Of a stretch of DNA of 64,000 nucleotides, positions 27,071 through 35,640 are shown piece after piece. Source of the DNA: an uncultured bacterium (GTDB taxonomy: Bacteria > Joyebacterota > Joyebacteria > Joyebacterales > Joyebacteraceae); contig CAZEXP010000006.1 in assembly GCA_964516845.1 (NCBI GenBank), positions 16,503-80,502 of the forward strand. Reading direction: 5' to 3'. A program made the translations under genes and the position numbers. The stretch's first letter is position 1. The number at the start of each line of letters is the position of its first letter. A model generated the notes under the pieces. The model did not search any database. It was not told the DNA's origin and saw only the letters and a program-made list of their open reading frames with translations.

Positions 27071-27654
27071 CAGGACGACCGGCACTGTTCCTCGACCGCG
27101 ATGGCGTCCTGACCGTCGAGGACAGCTATATCGCGCGGCCTGAGAACCTCAGGCTTGAAGCGGGAGCGGCCGAGGCCGTGCGCACGCTGAATGCGGCGCA
27201 TGTGCTCGCCGTCGTAGTGAGCAACCAGTCCGGTGTAGCACGCGGACTGATGACCGAGCAGGATATGGCCGATGTTCACGCGCGGCTGGAACACCTCCTC
27301 ACCGAGGATGGTGCGAGACTCGACGCGGCGTACTACTGCCCGAACCATCTGGAGGGTTCCGTCGAACGGTTCAGCCGCGAGGCCTCGTGTCGCAAGCCCC
27401 AGACCGGGATGATCGACGCGGCCGTTCGGGATCTGGGCATCGACCTCTCCGCAAGCGCGATGGTGGGCGATCAGCTCACGGACGTCGAACTCGCGGAAAG
27501 GGTCGGGATCCCGTGTGTACTCGTGGAAACCGGCAAGGGTGTGGTCTCCTTTGAGCAGGCACGGGCCGGAGGGCTGCCGGTCGCGGAGCTGGTCCCGGGC
27601 GTGCTCGACGCGGCGCGGTGGATCGTGGCGCGACTCGAGACGAGGTCATCATGA
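27067..27654 (+). CDS. gmhB: D-glycero-D-manno-heptose 1,7-bisphosphate phosphatase GmhB (HAD-IIIA)
   Basis: 195 aa. HAD motifs FLDRDGVL, VVSNQSG and GDQLTD, and a Zn-binding Cys/His loop (CxH...C). Sits within a heptosyltransferase-rich locus. Confidence 0.8.
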   Translation: MTGRPALFLDRDGVLTVEDSYIARPENLRLEAGAAEAVRTLNAAHVLAVVVSNQSGVARGLMTEQDMADVHARLEHLLTEDGARLDAAYYCPNHLEGSVERFSREASCRKPQTGMIDAAVRDLGIDLSASAMVGDQLTDVELAERVGIPCVLVETGKGVVSFEQARAGGLPVAELVPGVLDAARWIVARLETRSS

Positions 27655-28472
27655 AAGTGATTCTGACATCAGCTCTCATTCTGCTGACCGCCCTCGGGTC
27701 CGCCGGCTTGGAGACGGGAGTGCTCGGTGAGGACACGGGGACGGGCGCGCAGCGCATCCCCGCGCTCTCAGCCGACGGCACGGTGAGCGTGCCTCCGTTC
27801 GGCGTTGGGGAGCGACTCACCTTCGAGATCGGGTACGGTTTCGTTGACGCCGGCACCGCGGTGCTGGGGATCCCGGAGCTCGTCGAGCACCGGGGGCGCA
27901 GCTGTTACCGCATCCTCTCGGTCGCCGAATCGAACTCGTTCATATCCGCATTCTTCCCGGTCCGGGATGTGGCGGAGTCGTATCTCGACGCGCGGGATCT
28001 CATCTCACGCCGCTTCGAGAAGAACCTCCGGGAGGGGAATTTCCGGGCGCATGATCTCGTCGAGTTCGACCACGAGCGACAGGTCGCCGTCTACCCCGAT
28101 CGGAAAGAGGTCATGCCTCTCGCGGCGGAGGCCCAGGACATCCTCTCATCGCTCTACACGGTGCGCATGATGGACCTCGAGGTCGGTCGCTCCGTGTTCA
28201 TTGAGAACCACGCGGACCGAAAGAACTACCCGCTTGAGATCCTGGTCCTGAGAAGAGAGCGCGTGAGCGTTCCGGCCGGGCGTTTCGACTGTATCGTCGT
28301 GGAGCCGCGGATGCGCGGCGCGGGTCTCTTCAGCCACAAGGGGAGGCTCTGGGTGTGGTTGACCGATGACGAGCTTCATCTCCCTGTGTTGATGCGGAGC
28401 AAGGTCGTCATAGGTTCCGTGTCGGCGGAGCTCTCCGCCTATGTGCTCGCGGACGGATCCCGACTGGACTGA
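27651..28472 (+). CDS. Secreted DUF3108-family protein
   Basis: ATG overlaps the gmhB stop (ATGA). Signal peptide MKVILTSALILLTALGSAG. The body (ERLTFEIGYGFVDAGTAVLGI...YRI...) resembles DUF3108. Confidence 0.55.
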   Translation: MKVILTSALILLTALGSAGLETGVLGEDTGTGAQRIPALSADGTVSVPPFGVGERLTFEIGYGFVDAGTAVLGIPELVEHRGRSCYRILSVAESNSFISAFFPVRDVAESYLDARDLISRRFEKNLREGNFRAHDLVEFDHERQVAVYPDRKEVMPLAAEAQDILSSLYTVRMMDLEVGRSVFIENHADRKNYPLEILVLRRERVSVPAGRFDCIVVEPRMRGAGLFSHKGRLWVWLTDDELHLPVLMRSKVVIGSVSAELSAYVLADGSRLD

Positions 28473-28509
28473 CAACTCATCTCTTTGCGGCAAGGCTGAA
28501 GGAGGACAC

Positions 28510-29478
28510 ATGCCATCTCGATACCCCGAAGTCGATCCGGCGAAGCTCACGCGGATATCGATCGCGGAGCGCGGCGGCCAGGTGCGAGTGGAGAGCTTCG
28601 TGCTACCCGAGCCGCCGGACGAAGGGTTCGATCGGCTTGCGGCGATGATTCCCGACCTCTTCGGCGGGAGCGATTTTCACAGCGCGTGGCGCGCGGTTGT
28701 GGCGGCGAACTCGGGTGGGCGCGGCGTCCTGGTGATGTTTGGTGCGCACTTCATCAAGTGCGGGTTGAGCAGGCTGCTCGTCGATCTGATGGAGCGGGGA
28801 GTCGTGACCGCCGTGGCGACGAACGGCGCGGGAGCGATCCACGACTATGAGATCGCGATGTTCGGTCTGACGTCCGAGGACGTGGCCGTTCGGCTTCCGG
28901 ATGGCTCGTTCGGGATGTGCGCGGAGACGGCCGATGGGCTCAACGGCGCGATAAGCGCAGGACACGCCGACGGTCTTGGTTTCGGCGAGAGCGTGGGACG
29001 CGCGCTTGCTGATGCGCCGCACGCGGATGCGTCGGTGCTCGCGGCCGCACACCGTCTCGGCATCCCGGCGACGGTGCACGTCGGCATCGGTACGGACATC
29101 GTTCACCAGCATGCGAGCGCCGACGGAGCGGCGATCGGCGCGACGAGCCTGAGGGACATGCGGATCCTGTCTGGTGCGCTTGGCAACGTCGACGACGGGG
29201 TCGTGCTGAACATAGGCTCAGCTGTCATTCTGCCCGAGGTCTTCCTCAAAGCCCTTTCGATGGCGCGCAATCTGGGCACTGCCGCCGGACGGTTCACAGC
29301 GGTATCGATGGACATGAATGAGCCCTATCGGGCGCTGACGAACGTGGTCAGGCGGCCGACAGCGCAAGAGGGCACGGGGCTTGCACTTCGCGGGCGACAC
29401 GAGCTGCTCTTCCCGCTGTTCTGGAGCGCGGTTGTCAGGGGCGTCTCGGGCGCCGGCGGAGCCCCGAAATGCGGTTGA
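28510..29478 (+). CDS. Deoxyhypusine-synthase-like (DHS-fold, NAD-binding) protein
   Basis: ATG after an AGGAGG Shine-Dalgarno. GAHFIKCGLSRLLVDLMERGVVTAVATNGAGAIHD parallels the eukaryotic DHS segment [37 protein letters not shown]. A later IPATVHVGIGTDIVHQH segment is also DHS-like. The assignment rests on motif resemblance only. Confidence 0.45.
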   Translation: MPSRYPEVDPAKLTRISIAERGGQVRVESFVLPEPPDEGFDRLAAMIPDLFGGSDFHSAWRAVVAANSGGRGVLVMFGAHFIKCGLSRLLVDLMERGVVTAVATNGAGAIHDYEIAMFGLTSEDVAVRLPDGSFGMCAETADGLNGAISAGHADGLGFGESVGRALADAPHADASVLAAAHRLGIPATVHVGIGTDIVHQHASADGAAIGATSLRDMRILSGALGNVDDGVVLNIGSAVILPEVFLKALSMARNLGTAAGRFTAVSMDMNEPYRALTNVVRRPTAQEGTGLALRGRHELLFPLFWSAVVRGVSGAGGAPKCG

Positions 29479-29503
29479 CACCGGACAAAGCTTGTGATAC
29501 ACT
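29475..29503 (+). promoter_or_regulatory. Consensus sigma70 promoter with extended -10, upstream of a ~280-nt leader and the sugar-transferase gene
   Basis: TTGACA (29475-29480, overlapping the upstream stop codon), an exact 17-nt spacer, then TG-a-TACACT (29498-29503). Confidence 0.5.
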
Positions 29504-29558
29504 AGCATTGTCGGTGGAGAGAGAGAAGCAGCCCACACCACGCGCGGAAGGACTCGCA

Positions 29559-29582
29559 TAGCACCATTGCTAAGGGTTTTTT
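29559..29582 (+). terminator. Weak hairpin plus T6 tract inside the leader (attenuator-like)
   Basis: TAGCA-ccat-TGCTA stem-loop, then AGGG, then TTTTTT. A T6 run is very unusual in this GC-rich sequence. Confidence 0.25.
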
Positions 29583-29782
29583 CTCAAGTCTGACAGCGAT
29601 CTGAAGCGACACCGTAGGCGAGACCGCATGCTGCAGTCAGTCCGGTGTTTTGCTGTTGGACCTGGGCTCGCCCTCGGCAATGTCAGCACGACGGAACACA
29701 CCATGCCGGGTGGGACCAGTGTCCACGCCCGGTTTCTTGTTTATGGGGCCGGGTCGGGGGTCGCGAACACAGGAGCGGGACT

Positions 29783-30475
29783 GTGTACTTCGTCGACGAG
29801 AGATTCGGATACGGCACGATCGAAGAAGGCGCACGCGCCGAGAGAGAGTCGACGAGCGTGTTTCGCGGGACGTTGTACAGACGCGTCCTGAAGCGACCGT
29901 TCGACATTGTGGCGAGTCTTATCGGGATCGCCGTCCTCTCACCGGTGCTCATCGCCATCTCGCTTGCCGTGAAGTCGGGCTCGCGGGGTCCCGTGCTCTT
30001 CCGCCAGATCAGGGTGGGGAAGGACGGCCGCGAGTTCTGGTTCTACAAGTTCAGGTCGATGGTCGTCGATGCCGAGGCGCAGAAGAAGAAGCTCATGCAC
30101 CTCAACGAACTCGAGGGTCCGGTCTTCAAGATCTCGAACGATCCCCGCATCACGAAGATGGGGACGTTCCTGAGGAGGACGAGCCTGGACGAACTGCCGC
30201 AGCTCTTCAACGTGCTCAAGGGAGACATGAGTCTCGTTGGTCCGAGGCCGCCGCTGCCGAACGAGGTCGAGAAGTACGAGGCCTGGCAGCGCGAGAAGCT
30301 GACCGTCGTCCCGGGGATCACGTGCCTGTGGCAGATCAGTGGTCGCAACCACATCGGTTTCACCGAATGGATGCGGCTGGACATCGAATACATCCGCCGT
30401 CAGTCGTTGGGGCTCGATGTGAAGATCCTCAGCAGGACGCTGCCGGCGGTCCTCTCGCGCAAGGGGGCGTACTAG
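29783..30475 (+). CDS. Bacterial sugar transferase (polyprenyl-phosphate hexose-1-phosphate transferase, WbaP/WcaJ C-terminal type, small form)
   Basis: GTG start after AGGAGCGGG; the start is uncertain (later TTG/ATG are possible). It has one TM helix (PFDIVASLIGIAVLSPVLIAISLAV). Motifs RVGKDGREFWFYKFRSM and KGDMSLVGPRP are Bac_transf signatures. Confidence 0.8.
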   Translation: MYFVDERFGYGTIEEGARAERESTSVFRGTLYRRVLKRPFDIVASLIGIAVLSPVLIAISLAVKSGSRGPVLFRQIRVGKDGREFWFYKFRSMVVDAEAQKKKLMHLNELEGPVFKISNDPRITKMGTFLRRTSLDELPQLFNVLKGDMSLVGPRPPLPNEVEKYEAWQREKLTVVPGITCLWQISGRNHIGFTEWMRLDIEYIRRQSLGLDVKILSRTLPAVLSRKGAY

Positions 30476-30672
30476 GCAATTCGTGAAGACAGCGGCTGTG
30501 GCCTGACGCGCAGTGACAGAACACCATGGATCCGGCAGCGATTGCGCAACCAGAACCCTCACTCACACCGCACCGCTGCCGGATTCGTATATCTTGGATA
30601 CGCATCGGAGACCTCAAAAACACAACTTGTGATGAACCGGCGGACTGTGGGGACTCGGATCCGACTGCGCCG

Positions 30673-30702
30673 TTGACACGTCATCGGCGCTTCGCGTAAT
30701 CT
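30673..30702 (+). promoter_or_regulatory. Candidate promoter upstream of the GT39-like gene
   Basis: TTGACA (30673-30678), an 18-nt spacer, then TAATCT. It lies in a 290-bp region of lower GC. Confidence 0.3.
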
Positions 30703-30765
30703 CCCTCATTGGTATCGAAGACCCCGTCGGCTCATGAGTTCGGTGAACACAGGTGGTGCTGAATC

Positions 30766-32367
30766 GTGAGTCGGATAGACAGAAGGCGCAGCGTGCGTGG
30801 CGGCGCTGATGATGCGTGGCCGCGGGCGGGCGGCGGGAGTGTGACGTGGTGGCTGGTTGCCCTCACAGTCGCGGCCGTGGTGTTGCGCCTCTACCGCATC
30901 GGGTGGCAGAGTTTCTGGGTGGACGAACTCTGGACGCTCAAGGCGGCGGGCGTGGGTGGTACGCTCACGGCGGCGTCGCTGTTCGCGAATGTCCAGGGCC
31001 CGGGTCACGCGGCGCTCGTCCACCTTGTGAGCACACTCACATCGAGCGAGGCGGCTCTCAGAGGGATCTCCGCGGTCTTTGGAACGCTGACGATCCCGAT
31101 CGTATATCTCCTGGGGGCCGAGACCGTCGACCGGCGGACCGGCCTGATCGCGGCGGTTCTCGCGACCGTCTCTCCGTTTCTGATCTGGTATTCCCAGGAG
31201 CTCCGCAACTACGCGATGCTCGTGTTCTTCTCGGCGGCCGCGACGTTGGCCGTCTGGCGTTTGGTTTCATCCAGGGCGCGTCCGTGGGTTTCGTATGCAG
31301 CGACGATCGCGCTCGCGGGGCTGTCGAACCTCTCGTCGGTGTTTCTTGCCGCGGCGCACTGGGTCTTCGCGTTGCCACGAATGAGGGAGGATCGCCGATT
31401 CCTGGTGCAGTGGGTCACGGCGTACGCCGTCGTGCTGATCGTGTTGTCGCCGTGGATCTGGGGTGTGAGCCACTGGGTGCGCGTCGACCGTGTCGGAGAG
31501 CGGGTGACGGCCCCGGTCGGCGCCGAGGAACGGCAACTGCTGAGGGGCGAGACGACATTCACTCCAATGGCCATCCCATACTCCGTGTTCGCCATGGTCT
31601 ACGGCTACTCCGTCGGTCCGTCGAGCGCGGAGCTTCATACGCTCGGACCGGCGGCGGCGTTTCGCGCGCATGGACCGGTCGTGCTCGGAGCATTGGCGCT
31701 GATGGCGGTGGCGGGATTCTCGGGACTCGCCGTGTTCCTGCGGGACCGGCAGCGTCTGCGACTTCTGCTGAGCGTCGCGCTCGTCCCGATGGCGGCGGTG
31801 ACGCTTCTGGCAGTCCTCAATATCAAGGTATTCAACGCGCGCTACGTCGCGGTGATGACGCCGCTGGTGCTCGTTGTGCTGGCGGCGGGTGTTCGACGAC
31901 TGCCGGCTCCGGGCGCGTGGGTCGTGGGCGCCGGGATCGTGGGGCTCTCGCTCTTCGGTGTGGGGAACTACTACTGGGAGCCCGACTACTGGCGGGAGGA
32001 CGTCCGCAGTGCGGTGCGGTACATCGAATCGGCTGAACTCGACGGAGACGTCGTGCTCGTGCCGGTCGTGACGGACGTGTTTGACCATTACCACGGGGGC
32101 GACGCGCCCCGCTTCCTGCTCTATCCGGGGCAGTGTGGTTCGGATGAGGAGGTGGCCGAGCGCGTAGACGCGGGCACGCGGGGGCATCTCCGACTCTGGC
32201 TCGTCCGTTCGAGGCTCTGGCACGCCGACCCGGACGACAGGATCACCTCGTACGTCAACGCTGGCCACAGGCTCTTGCAGAGTGCGTCTTTCCCCGGTGT
32301 TGAAGTGGACCTGTATGAACTCCGAGATAGTGCATCGGTCTCGGAGAACGCTGTGGATGGCAGCTGA
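30766..32367 (+). CDS. Glycosyltransferase family 39/83-like (ArnT/PMT-type polyprenyl-phosphate-sugar dependent transferase), polytopic membrane protein
   Basis: 533 aa. N-terminal LRLYRIGWQSFWVDELWT, with the DE motif in the first periplasmic loop, is typical of ArnT/PMT_2 enzymes. About 11 predicted TM helices, then a soluble C-terminal domain. Confidence 0.75.
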   Translation: MSRIDRRRSVRGGADDAWPRAGGGSVTWWLVALTVAAVVLRLYRIGWQSFWVDELWTLKAAGVGGTLTAASLFANVQGPGHAALVHLVSTLTSSEAALRGISAVFGTLTIPIVYLLGAETVDRRTGLIAAVLATVSPFLIWYSQELRNYAMLVFFSAAATLAVWRLVSSRARPWVSYAATIALAGLSNLSSVFLAAAHWVFALPRMREDRRFLVQWVTAYAVVLIVLSPWIWGVSHWVRVDRVGERVTAPVGAEERQLLRGETTFTPMAIPYSVFAMVYGYSVGPSSAELHTLGPAAAFRAHGPVVLGALALMAVAGFSGLAVFLRDRQRLRLLLSVALVPMAAVTLLAVLNIKVFNARYVAVMTPLVLVVLAAGVRRLPAPGAWVVGAGIVGLSLFGVGNYYWEPDYWREDVRSAVRYIESAELDGDVVLVPVVTDVFDHYHGGDAPRFLLYPGQCGSDEEVAERVDAGTRGHLRLWLVRSRLWHADPDDRITSYVNAGHRLLQSASFPGVEVDLYELRDSASVSENAVDGS

Positions 32368-32521
32368 ACGCGCCTTCACTGCACGCCGAGACCCCGGAGG
32401 TCGCGGAAGCCCTAACAGTGGCATGAGTTATGCTTTAGCTTGGTTGTTGTCGGGGCAGAAGAAGCTCCGGCGCAGGTGCAAGGGTGCATCAGGGGGCCCG
32501 TCTATGTTGTCAAGGAATACG

Positions 32522-33250
32522 ATGCTTCTCCCGGTTCTGCTGGGGGTGGCGGTCATCGCGTGTCTGTCCGGGTGCGCATCACAGCGCACGCTGGTGGAGC
32601 CCGTGAGCGCCGAAGGATCCACGACGGTGACGCAGTCGGGTCCGTATCGGCTGCGCATCGGCGACACGATCGATGTCGGCTTCCTGACCGATGGATCGCT
32701 CAACTTCTCCGGTCCGGTGACCCCGGCCGGGGGCTTGAGCGTCCCGCTCGTGGGTGAGGTGCCCGCGGCCGGCAGGACGGTGTCGGAACTTACGACGGAC
32801 CTCGAATCCAGATTCGGCGAGTACCTCCTCGATGCGACGGTCACGGTCGTCGTCTCGGCCATTGCCGAGCAGCCGGTGTTCGTCATCGGAGAGGTCGACA
32901 ATCCGGGACGTATCGAGTCGAGCGGAGAGATGACGGTCACGCGCGCCATAGCGTCGGCAGGGGGTCTTCTCTCGACCGGCAGGCCGAGCAGCGTCATGGT
33001 CATTCGCACCACGGGCGTTGCCGAGCCGGAGGCATTCAAGGTCGATGTGACGGATGTACTCAACGGCACCAACATGTTGGGTGACATGGTCCTGGCACCC
33101 AACGATGTCGTCTACGTACCGAAGTCGGTCATCGGCAAGGTCGGGGAATTCGTCGATCTCTTCTTCGACAACATCGCCCCGGCGCAGATCTTCTATCTCC
33201 GGGGTTGGGAGATGGCGAACGTCAATAACGAAGGACGGCGATACTACTAG
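32522..33250 (+). CDS. Polysaccharide export outer-membrane lipoprotein (Wza-like; Poly_export + SLBB)
   Basis: ATG 32522 after AAGGAA. Lipoprotein signal MLLPVLLGVAVIACLSGC. YRLRIGDTIDV (Poly_export motif) and PNDVVYVP (SLBB) are present. The 32282 start in the ORF track is unlikely. Confidence 0.8.
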   Translation: MLLPVLLGVAVIACLSGCASQRTLVEPVSAEGSTTVTQSGPYRLRIGDTIDVGFLTDGSLNFSGPVTPAGGLSVPLVGEVPAAGRTVSELTTDLESRFGEYLLDATVTVVVSAIAEQPVFVIGEVDNPGRIESSGEMTVTRAIASAGGLLSTGRPSSVMVIRTTGVAEPEAFKVDVTDVLNGTNMLGDMVLAPNDVVYVPKSVIGKVGEFVDLFFDNIAPAQIFYLRGWEMANVNNEGRRYY

Positions 33251-33280
33251 CGAGAGACCGGGGCCGCGACCGACGCGGTC

Positions 33281-34717
33281 ATGGGAGCGTTGCGAGAGGG
33301 CTCCGTTGTCCGGAGAGCCCCATCGGGAAGGGTTCCAGCAGTGGCTGCGACCATCAACACGGCAAATACCGCCAGCACGGCGGAGAGTGCGTCGCTCCTT
33401 CGCGACATCGCGTATGTCGTGTTCAAACGGAAGCTCGTTCTGATCGTGTTCACGCTCGTGGGGATCGCGGTCATGGTGTATGGAATGACGGCGGTCGTTC
33501 CCAGGTATGAGGCGGTTGCGCGCGTCTACGTGAAGCGCACGCCTCAGGGTTACTCGATGCCGGCGGAATCGCATGCGGTGCTCAAGCGTTCCGAGGTCAT
33601 CAACTCGGAGATCAACATCATCCAGAGTTCGGCCGTCGCGGCCGGCGTCGTCGATGCGCTCGGGCTTGGGGACGGGGATCGGCGAGGTCTGGCCATCTAT
33701 GACATGGAGCGCCGGATCAAGGCGCAGGACCAGCAGGAAGCCGACATCATCGACATCTCGTATCGGGACACGGACCCGGAGAAGGCGGCGGCCGTGGTCA
33801 ACGCCGCGCTCGACGCGTATCTGGAGATCCGGAAGAGCGTGTCGCTCAATTACGACGCCGTCCGTTTCCTGGATGAGCAGGCGAAGCGCATGAGAGCGGA
33901 GCGGGACTCGATCGCGATGGCGATCGCGGAGTTCGGTGGGGAGAGCGGCAGTCTTGCGCAAGGGCGCAAGGGCGAGCAGCAGATGGGGCTCCAGAACCGG
34001 TTCCACAACGAACTCGCGGGACTCAACTCGACGATCGCATCTCGCGAGGAACAGCTCGCGATGGTGCGTGAGTGGCTCGACTCCGGCGCAGACCCGTCGG
34101 CCGTCCCAAGCGGTGACATCTACGTGATGCCGACCGTGCAGCAGACCAAGGCGCAGCTCATCAATCTGAACCTGCAGCTCGCCGAGGCGACGTCGCGGTA
34201 CACGCCCGGGCATCCGGAGGTTCTCAAGCTCGAGCGGCAGATCGAGTCGACGCAGTTGATCCTGAGGTCCGAGGTCGAGCAGGCGCTTGCGAGACAGCAG
34301 ATGCGACTGGACGAGTGGAAGGCTGAGCGCAGAGCGGTCGTTGCGATGCTTGGTGATCTTCACTCGGATGATGGGGAGATCATGGAGGAGGCGCTGACGA
34401 TCCGTCTTCTCGAACACGATCTCTCGATCCGGGCCGACCTCTACGGGATCATCATGGATCGTCGCGAGCAGTTCAGGATCACGGCAGCAACGGATCCGAA
34501 CCTGCTCAACGTGAGCATCGTGTCGAGAGCGTCCGTCCCCGCGCGTCCGATGTCGCAGCCGGTCAACATGCAGATCGTAGTGGGACTGTTCACGGTCGTC
34601 TTCGGTGTTCTGCTCATGTTCATGCTGGAGAGGATGGACAACTCGCTCGAGCGCCGCGAGGACGTCCAGCGGACACTCGGACTCAGGGTGCTTGCGACGA
34701 TACCGGACCGCCGCTAG
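33281..34717 (+). CDS. Polysaccharide chain-length determinant (Wzz/PCP-2a-like periplasmic domain; GumC/EpsF-type) without a kinase domain
   Basis: 478 aa. N-terminal TM (LVLIVFTLVGIAVMVY), a long coiled-coil periplasmic region, and a C-terminal TM (IVVGLFTVVFGVLLMFM). Confidence 0.75.
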   Translation: MGALREGSVVRRAPSGRVPAVAATINTANTASTAESASLLRDIAYVVFKRKLVLIVFTLVGIAVMVYGMTAVVPRYEAVARVYVKRTPQGYSMPAESHAVLKRSEVINSEINIIQSSAVAAGVVDALGLGDGDRRGLAIYDMERRIKAQDQQEADIIDISYRDTDPEKAAAVVNAALDAYLEIRKSVSLNYDAVRFLDEQAKRMRAERDSIAMAIAEFGGESGSLAQGRKGEQQMGLQNRFHNELAGLNSTIASREEQLAMVREWLDSGADPSAVPSGDIYVMPTVQQTKAQLINLNLQLAEATSRYTPGHPEVLKLERQIESTQLILRSEVEQALARQQMRLDEWKAERRAVVAMLGDLHSDDGEIMEEALTIRLLEHDLSIRADLYGIIMDRREQFRITAATDPNLLNVSIVSRASVPARPMSQPVNMQIVVGLFTVVFGVLLMFMLERMDNSLERREDVQRTLGLRVLATIPDRR

Positions 34718-34726
34718 CTGCTGCGC

Positions 34727-35617
34727 ATGGTGCGCGCGGCGGCGGACAGGGAGCCGACAACCGTGTATACAAGGTTCTACAAGCTGGCCGAACGGCCCTT
34801 CGAACTCTCACCGGACCTCAGGTATCTCTACCTGAGCGAGAAGCATCGGGAGGCGCTGGCACATCTGACGTACGGCGTCAAGGAGCGGCGCGTGTTCGTT
34901 CAGCTGACCGGTGAGGTGGGGACCGGCAAGACGACGATGCTCGACGCGCTCGTCTCTCGCCTGGACGCATCCACGAAGGTCGCGTGGCTCTCGAACACAA
35001 CGATCGGGAAGACCGATCTCCTGCGCGTGCTTGCGTGGGAACTCGGCATCGAATTCAAGGGCACGACCAAGATGGAGATCATGAGGGAGATCGCCGCGTT
35101 CCTCGGTTGCTTGACGGCCGCAGGGAAGAACGCGGTCTTCATCATCGACGAGGCGCAGAATCTGAATCTGCCGCTTCTCGAGGAGGTCAGACTGCTCTCG
35201 AACCTTCGTTCGATGGGGCGGTGCAGTCTCCAGATCGTGTTGGCGGGGCAGCCGGAGTTCCGCCGCAAGCTGGAGCTCCAGCAGCTCAGGCAGCTCAGGC
35301 AGCGGATCAGCATCCGGTTCGATCTTGCGCCGTTGTCCCGACAGGAGACTGGCGAGTACATCCGGCACCGGCTGACCGTTGCCGGCGCGACGGATCTCGA
35401 GATCTTCGACCGAAGCGCGGTGGACGAGGTGTACGACTACTCCGGCGGCGTGCCAAGAGCCATCAACACGGTCTGCGACAACGCGCTGCTCGCCGGGTAC
35501 GCCGACAACAGGCCGTGGATCGGCCGACGAACAGTGGAAGAAACGATCGAGGCGGTCGAGTGCAAGACGCCGTCGTCGGACAAGGACCGGCAGCAGACTC
35601 AGCCGGGCGCCGCCTAG
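34727..35617 (+). CDS. ExeA/GspA-like AAA ATPase (PEP-CTERM-locus-type secretion ATPase family)
   Basis: 296 aa. Walker A GEVGTGKTT and Walker B VFIIDEAQN. It sits between the PCP and BY-kinase-like genes, as in EpsF-ATPase-EpsG arrangements of exosortase-type EPS loci. Confidence 0.75.
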   Translation: MVRAAADREPTTVYTRFYKLAERPFELSPDLRYLYLSEKHREALAHLTYGVKERRVFVQLTGEVGTGKTTMLDALVSRLDASTKVAWLSNTTIGKTDLLRVLAWELGIEFKGTTKMEIMREIAAFLGCLTAAGKNAVFIIDEAQNLNLPLLEEVRLLSNLRSMGRCSLQIVLAGQPEFRRKLELQQLRQLRQRISIRFDLAPLSRQETGEYIRHRLTVAGATDLEIFDRSAVDEVYDYSGGVPRAINTVCDNALLAGYADNRPWIGRRTVEETIEAVECKTPSSDKDRQQTQPGAA

Positions 35618-35640
35618 GCTGCGCCGCGGGAAGGACCGGG

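Noticed and set aside
29521-29782. RfaH ops/JUMPstart element in the long leader
   Set aside because: I searched by eye for GGCGGTAG and close variants and did not find the motif. Only the hairpin+T6 is reported.
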